From assembly GCA_963713825.1 (NCBI GenBank), contig CAVQNG010000005.1:192001-256000 (forward strand): a stretch of DNA of 64,000 bases, given 5' to 3'. Every line of letters starts with the position of its first letter. Position 1 is the stretch's first letter. Under the pieces are notes generated by a model that was not told the DNA's origin, searched no databases, and was given only the letters and a program-made list of their open reading frames with translations. Shown piece by piece: positions 26,696 through 35,842 of the stretch. Both the position numbers and the translations under genes were made by a program. The DNA is from an uncultured Acidobacteriota bacterium (GTDB lineage: Bacteria; Acidobacteriota; Thermoanaerobaculia; Multivoradales; JAHEKO01).

Positions 26696-27116
26696 GGGTT
26701 GAGGCGTCCGGTCGTACCTCCCGGCCGATCTTTGCAGGCTTGGGTCCTGGGTTCTGAACTGATATCCGACTACTTGTTGAGGTCCGTCCGAGTGGTCCGC
26801 CGGGGGACGGCGTCGGCTACTCATGCTGCGACGGGGGGCCGCCACCTCGTCTCGTCATCGCGCCCTTATCTCCTGTGGCCTATGAAGAATCGTTGCGGCC
26901 GCGCTCGACTCGGCGCCCCCTGTCGAACCGGCCCGAACGAACTTCATAGGCACCGATAAGGGGCATAAGGGCTAGGGGCGGCTAGGGGTTGTAGGGGAAT
27001 GGCGAGGGGGCCTAAGCGGACTCAAAGGCGGGCCGGAGGGAGCGACGGGTATCAGTTCAGAACCCAACCCAAGCCTGCAAAGACCGGCCGGGAGGTACGA
27101 CCGGACGCCTCAACCC
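26696..27116. repeat. 421-bp palindromic element (MITE/REPIN-like or structured RNA)
   Basis: Arms 26696-26768 and 27046-27116 are reverse complements apart from 2 substitutions and a 2-nt indel. Internal hairpin at 26863-26962. The structure is directly seen; its identity is unknown. Confidence 0.85.
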
Positions 27117-27307
27117 TAGTAGTAGTCGGAGCAGGAAAGGTAGTAGCCGCACTGCGGATGTGGGCAGTAGAGCTTGCACTTGCGCTGCGCGAGCGTGCTG
27201 CCGCAGTTGGGACAGGTCATCATCGTCTCTGCGCTCGAGGAACTGGCTTGGCGCCGGTCAGGTGGCTGACGCGGTTGGCTCGTCTCTACTCGTCTGGGAT
27301 AGCGCAC
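27116..27307 (-). CDS. Small Cys-rich zinc-finger protein (start uncertain: 27307, 27223 or 27220)
   Basis: CPNCG....[21 protein letters not shown], a recognisable small conserved Cys-rich pattern. Confidence 0.75.
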   Translation of the reverse strand: MRYPRRVETSQPRQPPDRRQASSSSAETMMTCPNCGSTLAQRKCKLYCPHPQCGYYLSCSDYY

Positions 27308-27434
27308 GTGGCTCGAGGTTAGGGTCGCAGGCTCATCGAGTCAAGCCGGTGGGCCCATCACCTCTGGGTGATACTCTGCATCGAGGTTATTGGCGGCAGA
27401 TGCTCGATCGGTCGAGTGGCATGGAGGATCAGCG

Positions 27435-28481
27435 GTGAAAGCACTCGTTCTTGCTGGAGGCAGCGGCACTCGTTTCTGGCCGGTGAGTCGACGACAGAGG
27501 CCGAAACAGCTACTGTCTCTGGAAGGTGGCCCCAGTCTTCTGCAGGCAACGGTCGACCGACTGCAACCGTTGGTGGATCCGTCGCAGGTCTGGGTCTGCA
27601 CGACGGAGAAGCTCAGCGCTCAGGTTCGTCAGCAGTTGCCTTTGGTGCCTGAGGAACAGGTCCTGGCGGAGCCCGCTGGGCGCAACACGGCGCCGGCCAT
27701 TGGTTGGTCTCTGCACAGCATGCCGGCCGACGAGCGGGACGACGTGGTGCTGATCCTGCCGGCGGACCATCGAATCGAGGACCGTGAGGCCTTTCTGGAA
27801 ACTCTTGAATCGGCGGAGAGAATCGCCCGCGAAGACGACCGGGTGATGACACTGGGTGTCCAACCAACAAGACCGGACACCGGCTATGGATACCTCGAGC
27901 TCGGGCCCCTGATCGAGCCGGAAACGGGTTTGCGCCAGGTTGTGCAGTACAAGGAGAAGCCGGACCAGGCCACCGCCGACCGATTCGTCGAGAGTGGTGA
28001 CTATCTTTGGAATGCGGGCATTTTTCTTTTCCGCGCCGGACGCCTGCTCGAGCTGCTCCAGGTCCATCAGCCCGACCTCGCCCAGGGCCTCGGCGAGATC
28101 GAACAACGACCGGATCGAATCGTCGAGCTCTATCCTCGGCTGCCATCGATATCGATCGACTTCGGTGTCATGGAGCACCTCGACGAAGTCTTCACTCTGC
28201 CACTCGACTGTGGTTGGAGTGATTTGGGCTCCTGGGAGGCCTTGGCGGAGATTCTGCCGCGGGACGAGAACGGCAATGTCACCAAGGGAGATGTCGTCTC
28301 GATCGATTGTCATGGCAGCGTTCTTTTTGCCGATGCAGGCACGGTCGCCGCCCTGGGAGTCGACGGCCTGGTGATCGTCAAGACGGGCGATGCGGTGCTG
28401 GTCGTTCCCAAAGACCGTACCCAGGAGATACGGAAGATCGTTGCCGCCCTCGAAGATCGAGGGCTGACGCGGCTTCTCTAA
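27435..28481 (+). CDS. manC: Mannose-1-phosphate guanylyltransferase
   Basis: Motifs LAGGSGTRFWPVSR..PKQ, EP.GRNTAPA, PADH, EKP, WNAG.F, WSDLGSW. GTG start with GGAGG RBS. Confidence 0.93.
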   Translation: MKALVLAGGSGTRFWPVSRRQRPKQLLSLEGGPSLLQATVDRLQPLVDPSQVWVCTTEKLSAQVRQQLPLVPEEQVLAEPAGRNTAPAIGWSLHSMPADERDDVVLILPADHRIEDREAFLETLESAERIAREDDRVMTLGVQPTRPDTGYGYLELGPLIEPETGLRQVVQYKEKPDQATADRFVESGDYLWNAGIFLFRAGRLLELLQVHQPDLAQGLGEIEQRPDRIVELYPRLPSISIDFGVMEHLDEVFTLPLDCGWSDLGSWEALAEILPRDENGNVTKGDVVSIDCHGSVLFADAGTVAALGVDGLVIVKTGDAVLVVPKDRTQEIRKIVAALEDRGLTRLL

Positions 28482-28485
28482 TCGG

Positions 28486-29175
28486 ATGATTCCCATTGCC
28501 GCCTGTGCGGGCGATATCGAGTACACCCTGCGGCAATTGGCCGCTCCCCTGGACCTGCAGGGCCTGGTGCCTGGTGCCAAAGCCTGGGAAGTGGAATTAG
28601 GCTTTGGCAAGGGGCGCTATCTTCTTCGCCGCGCCGAGGCAGAGCCGGATCGTGGCTTCGTGGGCGTTGAGATGGCTGGCAGCTACTACCATCTGGCGCA
28701 GCGCAGGATGACTCGACGCCGGTTGACCAATACGGTCCTCATGCACGGTGAGGCCTTGTACCTCCTGGCAGCGGTCCTGCCCCGGGGATTCGCCTCGGCG
28801 GTGCATGTCTATTTCCCCGACCCGTGGCCGAAGGCGCGTCACCAGAAGCGACGCCTCTTCGACGCCGAAACCATCGACCTGGTACTGGATCTGCTAACGG
28901 CAGATGGGCGGCTGTACTTCGCAACCGATTTCCTCGAGTACGGTGATGCCGTCAAGGAAATTCTGGACTCGTACCCCCCGATCGAGGTGACCGAAGTCTC
29001 AGGGTTGTGGACCGATGGGGCTCGCACCAACTACGAGTCGAAGTATTTGCGGGAAGGGCGGCCCATTCTGCGGCTGGAGGTGCGGCGCGATGCGCCAACC
29101 GGCGCGCCATTGCATCCTCGCGGCGAAGCCTCGGTGCTGGCTGCGGTCGGTGCTCGGAAGGAGGTGGAGAAATGA
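28486..29175 (+). CDS. trmB: tRNA (guanine-N7)-methyltransferase
   Basis: Motifs ELGFGKG, FPDPWPKARHQKRR, ATD, TNYE.K. Confidence 0.9.
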   Translation: MIPIAACAGDIEYTLRQLAAPLDLQGLVPGAKAWEVELGFGKGRYLLRRAEAEPDRGFVGVEMAGSYYHLAQRRMTRRRLTNTVLMHGEALYLLAAVLPRGFASAVHVYFPDPWPKARHQKRRLFDAETIDLVLDLLTADGRLYFATDFLEYGDAVKEILDSYPPIEVTEVSGLWTDGARTNYESKYLREGRPILRLEVRRDAPTGAPLHPRGEASVLAAVGARKEVEK

Positions 29176-30089
29176 AGGTCCTGATCCCCGGAGGGTCCGG
29201 CCTGGTGGGACGGGCTCTCGTACCTGAGCTGACATCCAGGGGACACAGCTGTGTGATCTTGACTCGGAGTCCCGAGGTGGTGTCGGGATTTCCGGCTGGA
29301 ACCGAGTTGGTAGCTTGGTCGGGCACTTCTGCCGAGGGCCTTCAGCCGACGTTGGAAGGCGTCGATGCGGTGGTGCACTTGGCAGGTGAGAGCATTGGGG
29401 CCGGGCGGTGGACGGAGGCGCGTAAGAAGTCGATCCTCGACAGTCGAACCCAGTCGACCCGTGCTTTGACTGCAGCCCTGCTTGCTATCGGTAACAGCAA
29501 GATCGCTTTGGTACAGGCTTCGGCGGTTGGTTTCTATGGACCCCGGGCGGGCGAAGAGATCTCGGAGGATGCCGCGGCCGGCAGTGACTTCCTGGCGCGG
29601 GTCTGCCGCGAATGGGAAGCAGCCAGTGCGCCCGTCGAAGAGGCGGGCTTGAGGCGGGTGGTGATTCGGAGCGGTGTCGTTCTCAGCCGAAACGGCGGGG
29701 CACTGCCGAAAATGCTGATGCCGTTTCGCTTCTTCGCGGGCGGTCCGCTAGGCGATGGTCGGCAGGTCGTTCCCTGGATCCATATCGCCGATGAAGCCGC
29801 CGCAATCTGCTTTCTGCTCGAGGACCAACAAGTCCGAGGGCCGTTCAATCTCGTCGCACCCGGCGCGGTGACGAATCGACAGCTTGGCGAGACGATCGGC
29901 AAGGTCCTGGGCAAGCCCAGCCGGGTTCCGACTCCGGCCTTTGCCATGCGGATGCTGCTCGGCGAGATGTCGACCCTCGTGCTGGACGGGCAGCGGGCAA
30001 TCCCGCAGCGCTTGCTGGCGGCGGGCTTCGAGTTCCGATTTCCCGACCTGGAATCAGCGCTGCGCGACCTGCTGGGTTCCTCCTCGTAG
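29172..30089 (+). CDS. TIGR01777-family NAD-dependent epimerase/oxidoreductase
   Basis: Motifs GGSGLVG, HLAGE.I..RWT..K, ASAVGFYG, FLA.VC..WE, PWIHI.D. Confidence 0.92.
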   Translation: MKVLIPGGSGLVGRALVPELTSRGHSCVILTRSPEVVSGFPAGTELVAWSGTSAEGLQPTLEGVDAVVHLAGESIGAGRWTEARKKSILDSRTQSTRALTAALLAIGNSKIALVQASAVGFYGPRAGEEISEDAAAGSDFLARVCREWEAASAPVEEAGLRRVVIRSGVVLSRNGGALPKMLMPFRFFAGGPLGDGRQVVPWIHIADEAAAICFLLEDQQVRGPFNLVAPGAVTNRQLGETIGKVLGKPSRVPTPAFAMRMLLGEMSTLVLDGQRAIPQRLLAAGFEFRFPDLESALRDLLGSSS

Positions 30090-30183
30090 CCTCGCTGCCA
30101 GCCGATTGAGTGCCGTCTGCAATATCGCTGGCGATGGAATACCCAGATCGTCGGCCACACCCATAGCTCCCGAGATGGGGCGC

Positions 30184-31392
30184 TCAAACGGTCCAGTGCG
30201 CCTGCAGACTCGCCGTGATTTCGGAGACCAGTTGCGGTGGTGTGTAGATCCGGTATCGGTCGATGCGGCCGAGATGGCGGACGAAGTGACTGGCCTCTTC
30301 CATGGGCTCCAACTGTCCATCGAATCGCTGTACCAGAACCCGGCTCTCGCCCAGGCGATGAGGGTCCTTTGCAGCGTGGGACACCAGGATATGAGCCCGG
30401 CCGAACTCGGTGCGGAGCATGGGAACCATCTCTTCGAAACGGAGCTTCTCTTCGGGTGACAAATGCTCCCGAGTCTCGAAGACCATGGGAAAGTAGCGGC
30501 GCTCGACCACGGCCAGGGCATGCTCACTCTGCGACCGGCGCATGGCTGTCAGTGTCGAGATGTCGTCGAGCTCGAGAAAGGCCTCGGGGTCGGCCGGCCA
30601 GTGCTGATCGATTTCCTGGAGCCACTCGTTGAAGTGCAGCTCCAGGGCCTTGCCAACCCGATTGAAGTAGACCTGGGTGAACATGTAGTACCGGGCCATG
30701 ACCAGAGCCTCGAGCGCGTGCACACCTCCTTCCGCCACTCCCAGTCCCCACTCGCCGGTTTCGGGATCTTCGAGCGGCAGCATGGTGTCCAGGAGCCGGG
30801 CCAGATCGAAGTTTCCGTAGCGCACGCCGCAGAAGAGGCTGTCCCTCAGCAGGTAGTCCATTTTGTCGACATCCAACTCGCTGGAGACGATCTGGGCCAG
30901 CAAGCGCTCCTTCGGTGTCTCCGGGTTCTTCAAGAGGCGGGCTACCTGAGTTGGTTCCACGCCTTCGCCCCATCGTTGGAAGATGGCCTCGAGCTCTGCA
31001 GTGCCCAGGAGCCTCTGGGTCATCGCCTCGTGGTCGAGGTCATCTTCGAAGAGGCCTTCGGCCGAGTGGCTGAACGGCGCATGCCCGATGTCGTGAAGCA
31101 GGGCGGCGATCCGGACCAACCGCCGGTCGCGACTCTCCGCCCGAGTGTCGAGCAGGTCGGGACTGCGGGTGGCAATGGCGTCGTAGACCCGTCCCGCGAG
31201 CTCCATCGCCCCCAGCACGTGACTGAACCTGGTGTGCTCGGCACCGGGGAAGACCAGTGAGGTGAAACCCAGCTGGCGAATCGATCTAAGGCGTTGAACG
31301 GGCCGGCTGTCGATCAGGGCTCGCTCGAGGGAGTCGGCATGGATGAAGCCGTGAATCGGGTCGCGGAACGAAGCTGTCGATCGAATAGCCAA
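30184..31392 (-). CDS. HD-domain phosphohydrolase (YwfO/dNTPase-like)
   Basis: Motifs RDPIHG, QRLR.IRQLG, HTRFSH.LG, LLHDIGH.PFSH, DVDKMDYL.RD. Confidence 0.92.
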   Translation of the reverse strand: MAIRSTASFRDPIHGFIHADSLERALIDSRPVQRLRSIRQLGFTSLVFPGAEHTRFSHVLGAMELAGRVYDAIATRSPDLLDTRAESRDRRLVRIAALLHDIGHAPFSHSAEGLFEDDLDHEAMTQRLLGTAELEAIFQRWGEGVEPTQVARLLKNPETPKERLLAQIVSSELDVDKMDYLLRDSLFCGVRYGNFDLARLLDTMLPLEDPETGEWGLGVAEGGVHALEALVMARYYMFTQVYFNRVGKALELHFNEWLQEIDQHWPADPEAFLELDDISTLTAMRRSQSEHALAVVERRYFPMVFETREHLSPEEKLRFEEMVPMLRTEFGRAHILVSHAAKDPHRLGESRVLVQRFDGQLEPMEEASHFVRHLGRIDRYRIYTPPQLVSEITASLQAHWTV

Positions 31393-31458
31393 AGGTCGTC
31401 CCCCTACCGCTTTACTGCGGCGCCTTGTTCGGTATCTGGAACTCGGACCGTGCCCTTC

Positions 31459-32724
31459 TCACCCTGCAGGAGCCACGCTCTGATCGACACCAGTCTCACC
31501 TTCGGAGCGGGCGATGATTGCGGCGCCACAGGAATCGCTGAAGACGTTGACCACCGTGCGGTACATGTCCAGCGGCCGATCGACGGCCAGCATCGCTCCG
31601 ACCAGAACCTCGACTTCCGGTCCGCGAAGATTCACCGCCTCGAGCACGATGAAGATGATGACCAGGCCCGCCGAGGGAACCGCAGCCGCACCAATCGAGG
31701 CGAGCAGCGCGGTGATCACCACGACGGCCTGCTGCCCGAGGGACAGATCGACTCCCAGGGCCTGAGCGATGAAGAGGACTCCGGCACACTCGTAGAGCGC
31801 GGTGCCGTCCATATTGACGGTTGCTCCCATGGGCAGGACGAACGAAGAGATGCGGTTCGACACGCCGACCTTGTTCTCGACCGCGTTGAGCGTCACGGGC
31901 AGGGTGGCTCCCGAGGAGCTGGTCGAGAAAGCCATCGCCATGGGCTCTGCCATGTTTCGGAAGTGAATCCGCGGCCGGATTCGCCCCAGCACGATCAGCA
32001 GGAGCGGCAGGGTGACCAGCAGATGAAACGTCAGGCCGAACGCAATCGTTGCCATGTAGAGACCGAGAGCCCGAAACGACTCCAGGCCCGAGGTACCGAC
32101 CACCCTGGTGATGAGGCCGAAGACCCCGATCGGGGCAAACCGTATGACGCCGGAAGTGAGCCTCATCATGGCTTGAAAGGCGGCATCGAACAGCTGGATG
32201 AGGAAGTCGCGAGGCTTGTCGGGCAGGCCGGCGATGCTCATTCCCATCAGAATGCTGAAAAAGATCATCGCTAGCATGTTGGGCTTTGCAGCCGCCGCAA
32301 CAACGTTTTCGGGCACGATGTCCAAGAGCAGCTCGACCGGAGAGCTGGGGGTGGAGAGCTCTGGGATCGTGGCGGTCTCGGTGCCGGCGATATTGGCACC
32401 GACACCCGGCTGGATCAGATTCACCATGACGAGGCCGGCCAGGATCGCCAGTGTGCTCGACAAGATGTAGTACCCCATCGTCTTGCCGAACAGTCTTCCC
32501 AGACTGCGACCGCCTCCAACGGCCGATACTCCAGAGACAATGGAGGTGACGATCAGCGGCACGATGACCATCTTGAGCAGGCGAATGAAGAGGGTGCCGA
32601 GCCAACCGACCTTCGGTGCGACCTGCTCACCCCAGATCAGGCCGACCAGGGTTCCGAGGGCCATGGCGATCAGGATCTGCCAGTGCAGTCTCTTGTACCA
32701 GGGAGCGACGGTGCTGTTTTCCAT
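31459..32724 (-). CDS. Dicarboxylate/amino acid:cation symporter (DAACS, GltP-like)
   Basis: Motifs AFSTSSS.ATLP, PMGATVNMDG, DMYRTVVNV. Confidence 0.93.
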   Translation of the reverse strand: MENSTVAPWYKRLHWQILIAMALGTLVGLIWGEQVAPKVGWLGTLFIRLLKMVIVPLIVTSIVSGVSAVGGGRSLGRLFGKTMGYYILSSTLAILAGLVMVNLIQPGVGANIAGTETATIPELSTPSSPVELLLDIVPENVVAAAAKPNMLAMIFFSILMGMSIAGLPDKPRDFLIQLFDAAFQAMMRLTSGVIRFAPIGVFGLITRVVGTSGLESFRALGLYMATIAFGLTFHLLVTLPLLLIVLGRIRPRIHFRNMAEPMAMAFSTSSSGATLPVTLNAVENKVGVSNRISSFVLPMGATVNMDGTALYECAGVLFIAQALGVDLSLGQQAVVVITALLASIGAAAVPSAGLVIIFIVLEAVNLRGPEVEVLVGAMLAVDRPLDMYRTVVNVFSDSCGAAIIARSEGETGVDQSVAPAG

Positions 32725-32828
32725 TGAATCGTGACGTTACGGTAAGAGCTTGTGTCAGCGCAACTGCACGACAAGCTCGTCAGCGATTTCGTTGGAACGG
32801 CTCGGAACCCCGGCCCCAGTCAAGAGGG

Positions 32829-33347
32829 CTAGGAGGGGACTCCATGCTTCCATGTGACCTTTTCAATCGGTTGCTCGTCGCCCAGGGCTGCCAGGAGCTC
32901 GGCCACGGTCTCGCCGCCCGGCGGTACCGGTACCGCAGCGGCGATCTCGGCCAGCGGGGCCAAGAAGAAGCGTCGCTCTCGGAGGCGTGGATGGGGCAGC
33001 TGAAGCTCCGGCTCATCGATCCGGAGGTCGCCGCAGAGTAGTAGGTCGATGTCGAGATGGCGCGGACCGAAACGTGCTGTCTTGACCCTGCCACCTTGGA
33101 TTTCGAGGGCCTTGGCCAGCCCGAGAAGCTGCCAGGGGTCCAACCTTGTCTCGGCCAGGAGTGCCGTGTTCAAGAATGCGGGCTGGGGGATGGAGGAAAT
33201 CGGGCTGGAGCGGAAGAGCGGCGCGACTCGCAGGATCCGGAGGGATCTTTTCAGCTCGTCGATGGCGCTTCGAAATGCGGCTTCGGGACGCCCGAGATTA
33301 CCGCCGAGCGCCAGTGCTACCTCGAGCGGTTGGTTCACAGGCGGCAC
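32829..33347 (-). CDS. folK: 6-hydroxymethyl-7,8-dihydropterin pyrophosphokinase
   Basis: Motifs LALGGNLG, FLN, GPR.LDIDLL, LPHPR..ER.F. Confidence 0.93.
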   Translation of the reverse strand: MPPVNQPLEVALALGGNLGRPEAAFRSAIDELKRSLRILRVAPLFRSSPISSIPQPAFLNTALLAETRLDPWQLLGLAKALEIQGGRVKTARFGPRHLDIDLLLCGDLRIDEPELQLPHPRLRERRFFLAPLAEIAAAVPVPPGGETVAELLAALGDEQPIEKVTWKHGVPS

Positions 33348-33387
33348 GGGGTGCCACGTAGCGAACCTGTCCGTTGCCCGAGCCTGG

Positions 33388-33657
33388 TCATGATTCCGTC
33401 GTGGAGGTGTCTTCTGCTTCGCCTTCCGGTGCGTCGTCTTTTGCGGCCTTTTTCGCCTTCTTGGCCTTCTTGGCCTTCTTGGCCTTCTTCGCCTTGCTGG
33501 CTGACGGCTTGCCGGCGGCCTTACCTTCCTCTGCAGATCCTTTGGCCAGTTCCTCCTGGTCGCCGCCGCAACTCGGGCAGACTAGCTGGGTGCGGCCCAG
33601 GTCGTAGAATTTGGTCCCGCAATTCAGGCATTCGTGCTTATTTCCCAGGTCAGCCAT
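33388..33657 (-). CDS. FYDLN-acid family (TIGR02300-like) protein
   Basis: DLGNKHECLNCGTKFYDL...CPSCG. GGAG RBS. Confidence 0.88.
   Translation of the reverse strand: MADLGNKHECLNCGTKFYDLGRTQLVCPSCGGDQEELAKGSAEEGKAAGKPSASKAKKAKKAKKAKKAKKAAKDDAPEGEAEDTSTTES
33446..33495 (-). repeat. 9-bp tandem repeat (~5.5 units) encoding (AKK)n
   Basis: Units of GCCTTCTT(G/C), one variant GCCTTTTTC, inside the FYDLN gene. Confidence 0.85.
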
Positions 33658-33688
33658 GTCGGATCACTCCTCGTAGAAAGCGAGCGGC

Positions 33689-33717
33689 AAAGTAGCATCG
33701 GTCCGCGGGGCTGTCAA
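33689..33717 (-). promoter_or_regulatory. Sigma70 promoter for the FYDLN gene
   Basis: TTGACA-N17-TACTTT with an extended -10 TG. Confidence 0.65.
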
Positions 33718-33848
33718 GCAGGGGGCACCGTTTTGCTGGTTGCATTGGACGGATTGGGGAGGTAGCATCCGTCTCGCCCCTTGGCTCCTGGATCTAGGAT
33801 CCGGTGTGGGTGCCGGACTGTAGTTCCTTTATCTTAGAGATCATCTGA

Positions 33849-34574
33849 ATGTCCCTTATCAGGATCTGTGTAGCCTGCCTACTGCTGGCGATCTCGGCCC
33901 CCGTCTGGTCTGAGGAGGCGCTTCCCAATCCGCGGGTTGAAGGCCAGAGCCCGTCAGAGAAGCTCGGTGCTCTCGTCGAGAGGGTGAGGCTCGAGCAAGG
34001 CAGGATCAGCACTCTCGAGGCCGACTTCAGGCAGCTCAAAGAGAGCTCCATGCTGGTGGAGTCGGTGGAGGCGGTGGGGACGTTCGTCTACTCCGCGCCG
34101 GATCAGGTGCGTTGGGACTACGCCACTCCAAACCCGATCTCGATGCTGATCGATGGCGATGAGATGACGACCTGGTTTCGAGATCTCGGGCAGGCGGAAA
34201 GGGTCAAGGTCGGCCGCCGGTCGCAGCGGGTTCTCGAGTACCTCGGTGCGACGAGCCCTCTGGACGATATGTTGCAGTACTTCTCGGTCAGCCTGACTCT
34301 GCCCGATGACCTCACTCAGCCCTATCTCTTGCAGCTTTCGCCTCTATTCGACAAGGTGGCCAAGCGCCTCCGAGGAGTCACGATCTGGATCGGCGCCGAC
34401 CATTTCCTGCCGATTCGGCTGCGCTATGTCGACGCCGATGGCGACGTCACCGACCTGAGTTTCGAGAACCTCAGAATCAACGGCTCGGTGCCCGTCGAGC
34501 GATTCGACTTGAGTCTGCCGGAAAGTGTCAACGTTCGGATCGTCGAGTTGGATCAGCGCACTCGCCTGCAGTAG
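33849..34574 (+). CDS. lolA: Outer-membrane lipoprotein carrier LolA-like
   Basis: Signal peptide; motifs L.ADF.Q, G.F....P..RW.Y..P, DG. Confidence 0.8.
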   Translation: MSLIRICVACLLLAISAPVWSEEALPNPRVEGQSPSEKLGALVERVRLEQGRISTLEADFRQLKESSMLVESVEAVGTFVYSAPDQVRWDYATPNPISMLIDGDEMTTWFRDLGQAERVKVGRRSQRVLEYLGATSPLDDMLQYFSVSLTLPDDLTQPYLLQLSPLFDKVAKRLRGVTIWIGADHFLPIRLRYVDADGDVTDLSFENLRINGSVPVERFDLSLPESVNVRIVELDQRTRLQ

Positions 34575-34607
34575 GAATCTCAGCTTCTTGCGCGGCTCTT
34601 CGTGCCG

Positions 34608-35759
34608 ATGAACTTCGAAGTCCTCGCCCGCGATGGTAGTGCTCGTCGAGCGCAGCTCTCGCTGACGCACGGAATCGTGGAGACTCCTGCCTTCATGCCG
34701 GTGGGAACGCTCGGGGCGGTCAAGGGCCTTTCACCCCTCGATCTGGAGGCCGCTGGCGCCGCGGTGATGCTCTCCAACCTGTACCACCTGAGCTTGCGCC
34801 CCGGCATCGACATCATCGAGTCGCTGGGCGGTTTGCACGAGTTCACCGGTTGGCGGCGGCCGATCCTCACCGACAGCGGTGGATACCAGGTGTTCAGCTT
34901 GGCGAACCTGCGCCACGTCGGAGTCGATGGGGTGACGTTTCGCAGCCACCTCGACGGTGCCGAGCTCCGCTTGACACCCGAGTCGGTGGTCGAGTCGCAG
35001 CGCCGCCTGGGAGTGGATATCGCCATGGTTCTGGACGAGTGCCCGCCCTGGCCTGTGGCGCGTGAAGAGGCAACTGCCTCCCTGGAGCGGACGTATCAGT
35101 GGGCTGTTCGGGCGCGCCAGGCCTGGCAGGGAAACGGCATGTCACTGTTCGGAATCGTCCAGGGCAGCACCTTCACCGAGCTTCGCCAGCGAGCGGCGGA
35201 GCAGCTGGCCGAGCTCGATTTCGGGGGCTATGCCATCGGTGGAGTGAGCGTGGGAGAGCCCACCCGCGCGCGGCGATCGGTAGTCGAGTGGACGACCCCT
35301 TTGCTACCTGCTGCCAAGCCGAGGTATCTGATGGGTGTCGGAACCCCGAGAGACATCGTCCATGCCGTTCAACATGGCATCGATCTCTTCGACTGCGTGC
35401 TGCCGTCGCGCAATGCAAGGCATGGAATGCTGTTTACCAGCCAAGGCCTGGTGCGCATCAAGAACGCGCGGTACCGCGACGACTCCCGACCCGTGGATGC
35501 CGACTGTTCGTGCCCTGTTTGCCAACGCGTCAGCCGCGCCCTGCTGCATCATCTGATTCGTAGCGGTGAGCTCACCGGAGCAGTGCTGGCCACCCAGCAC
35601 AATGTCCGCTTCTATCTTGACTTTGTGGCTCATCTCAGAGAAGCTATCGCGTCCGGAACGCTGACCGGTTTTGCGGCGTCGGTCGCTGCTCGCTATCCGG
35701 AAAATGGTTCGTTCTCGGAATCGCCGGCAACTCCCGATTCAACCGCTTCCATACCCTGA
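34608..35759 (+). CDS. tgt: tRNA-guanine transglycosylase
   Basis: Motifs TPAFMPVGT, LTDSGGYQVFSL, GIVQG, PRYLMGVG, FDCVLP, C.CPVC. Confidence 0.97.
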   Translation: MNFEVLARDGSARRAQLSLTHGIVETPAFMPVGTLGAVKGLSPLDLEAAGAAVMLSNLYHLSLRPGIDIIESLGGLHEFTGWRRPILTDSGGYQVFSLANLRHVGVDGVTFRSHLDGAELRLTPESVVESQRRLGVDIAMVLDECPPWPVAREEATASLERTYQWAVRARQAWQGNGMSLFGIVQGSTFTELRQRAAEQLAELDFGGYAIGGVSVGEPTRARRSVVEWTTPLLPAAKPRYLMGVGTPRDIVHAVQHGIDLFDCVLPSRNARHGMLFTSQGLVRIKNARYRDDSRPVDADCSCPVCQRVSRALLHHLIRSGELTGAVLATQHNVRFYLDFVAHLREAIASGTLTGFAASVAARYPENGSFSESPATPDSTASIP

Positions 35760-35842
35760 TCTCGAGAAGGATTTCGGAGAGTTCTACCTTGACGCCGCCG
35801 AGGAATCGGGCGTAATCGCCGCAGGCTAGAGGAAAAGCACCT

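Noticed and set aside
26696-27116. Retron msr-msd, CRISPR array, 6S RNA, tmRNA or RNase P as the identity of the palindrome
   Set aside because: No RT or cas genes, no spaced direct repeats, and no hallmark motifs of these RNAs that I could recognise. An Rfam search is still needed.
26699-27322. ORFs 26699-26959 and 26999-27322 on the + strand
   Set aside because: No recognisable domains. They overlap the palindrome, and the second is antisense to the zinc-finger gene.
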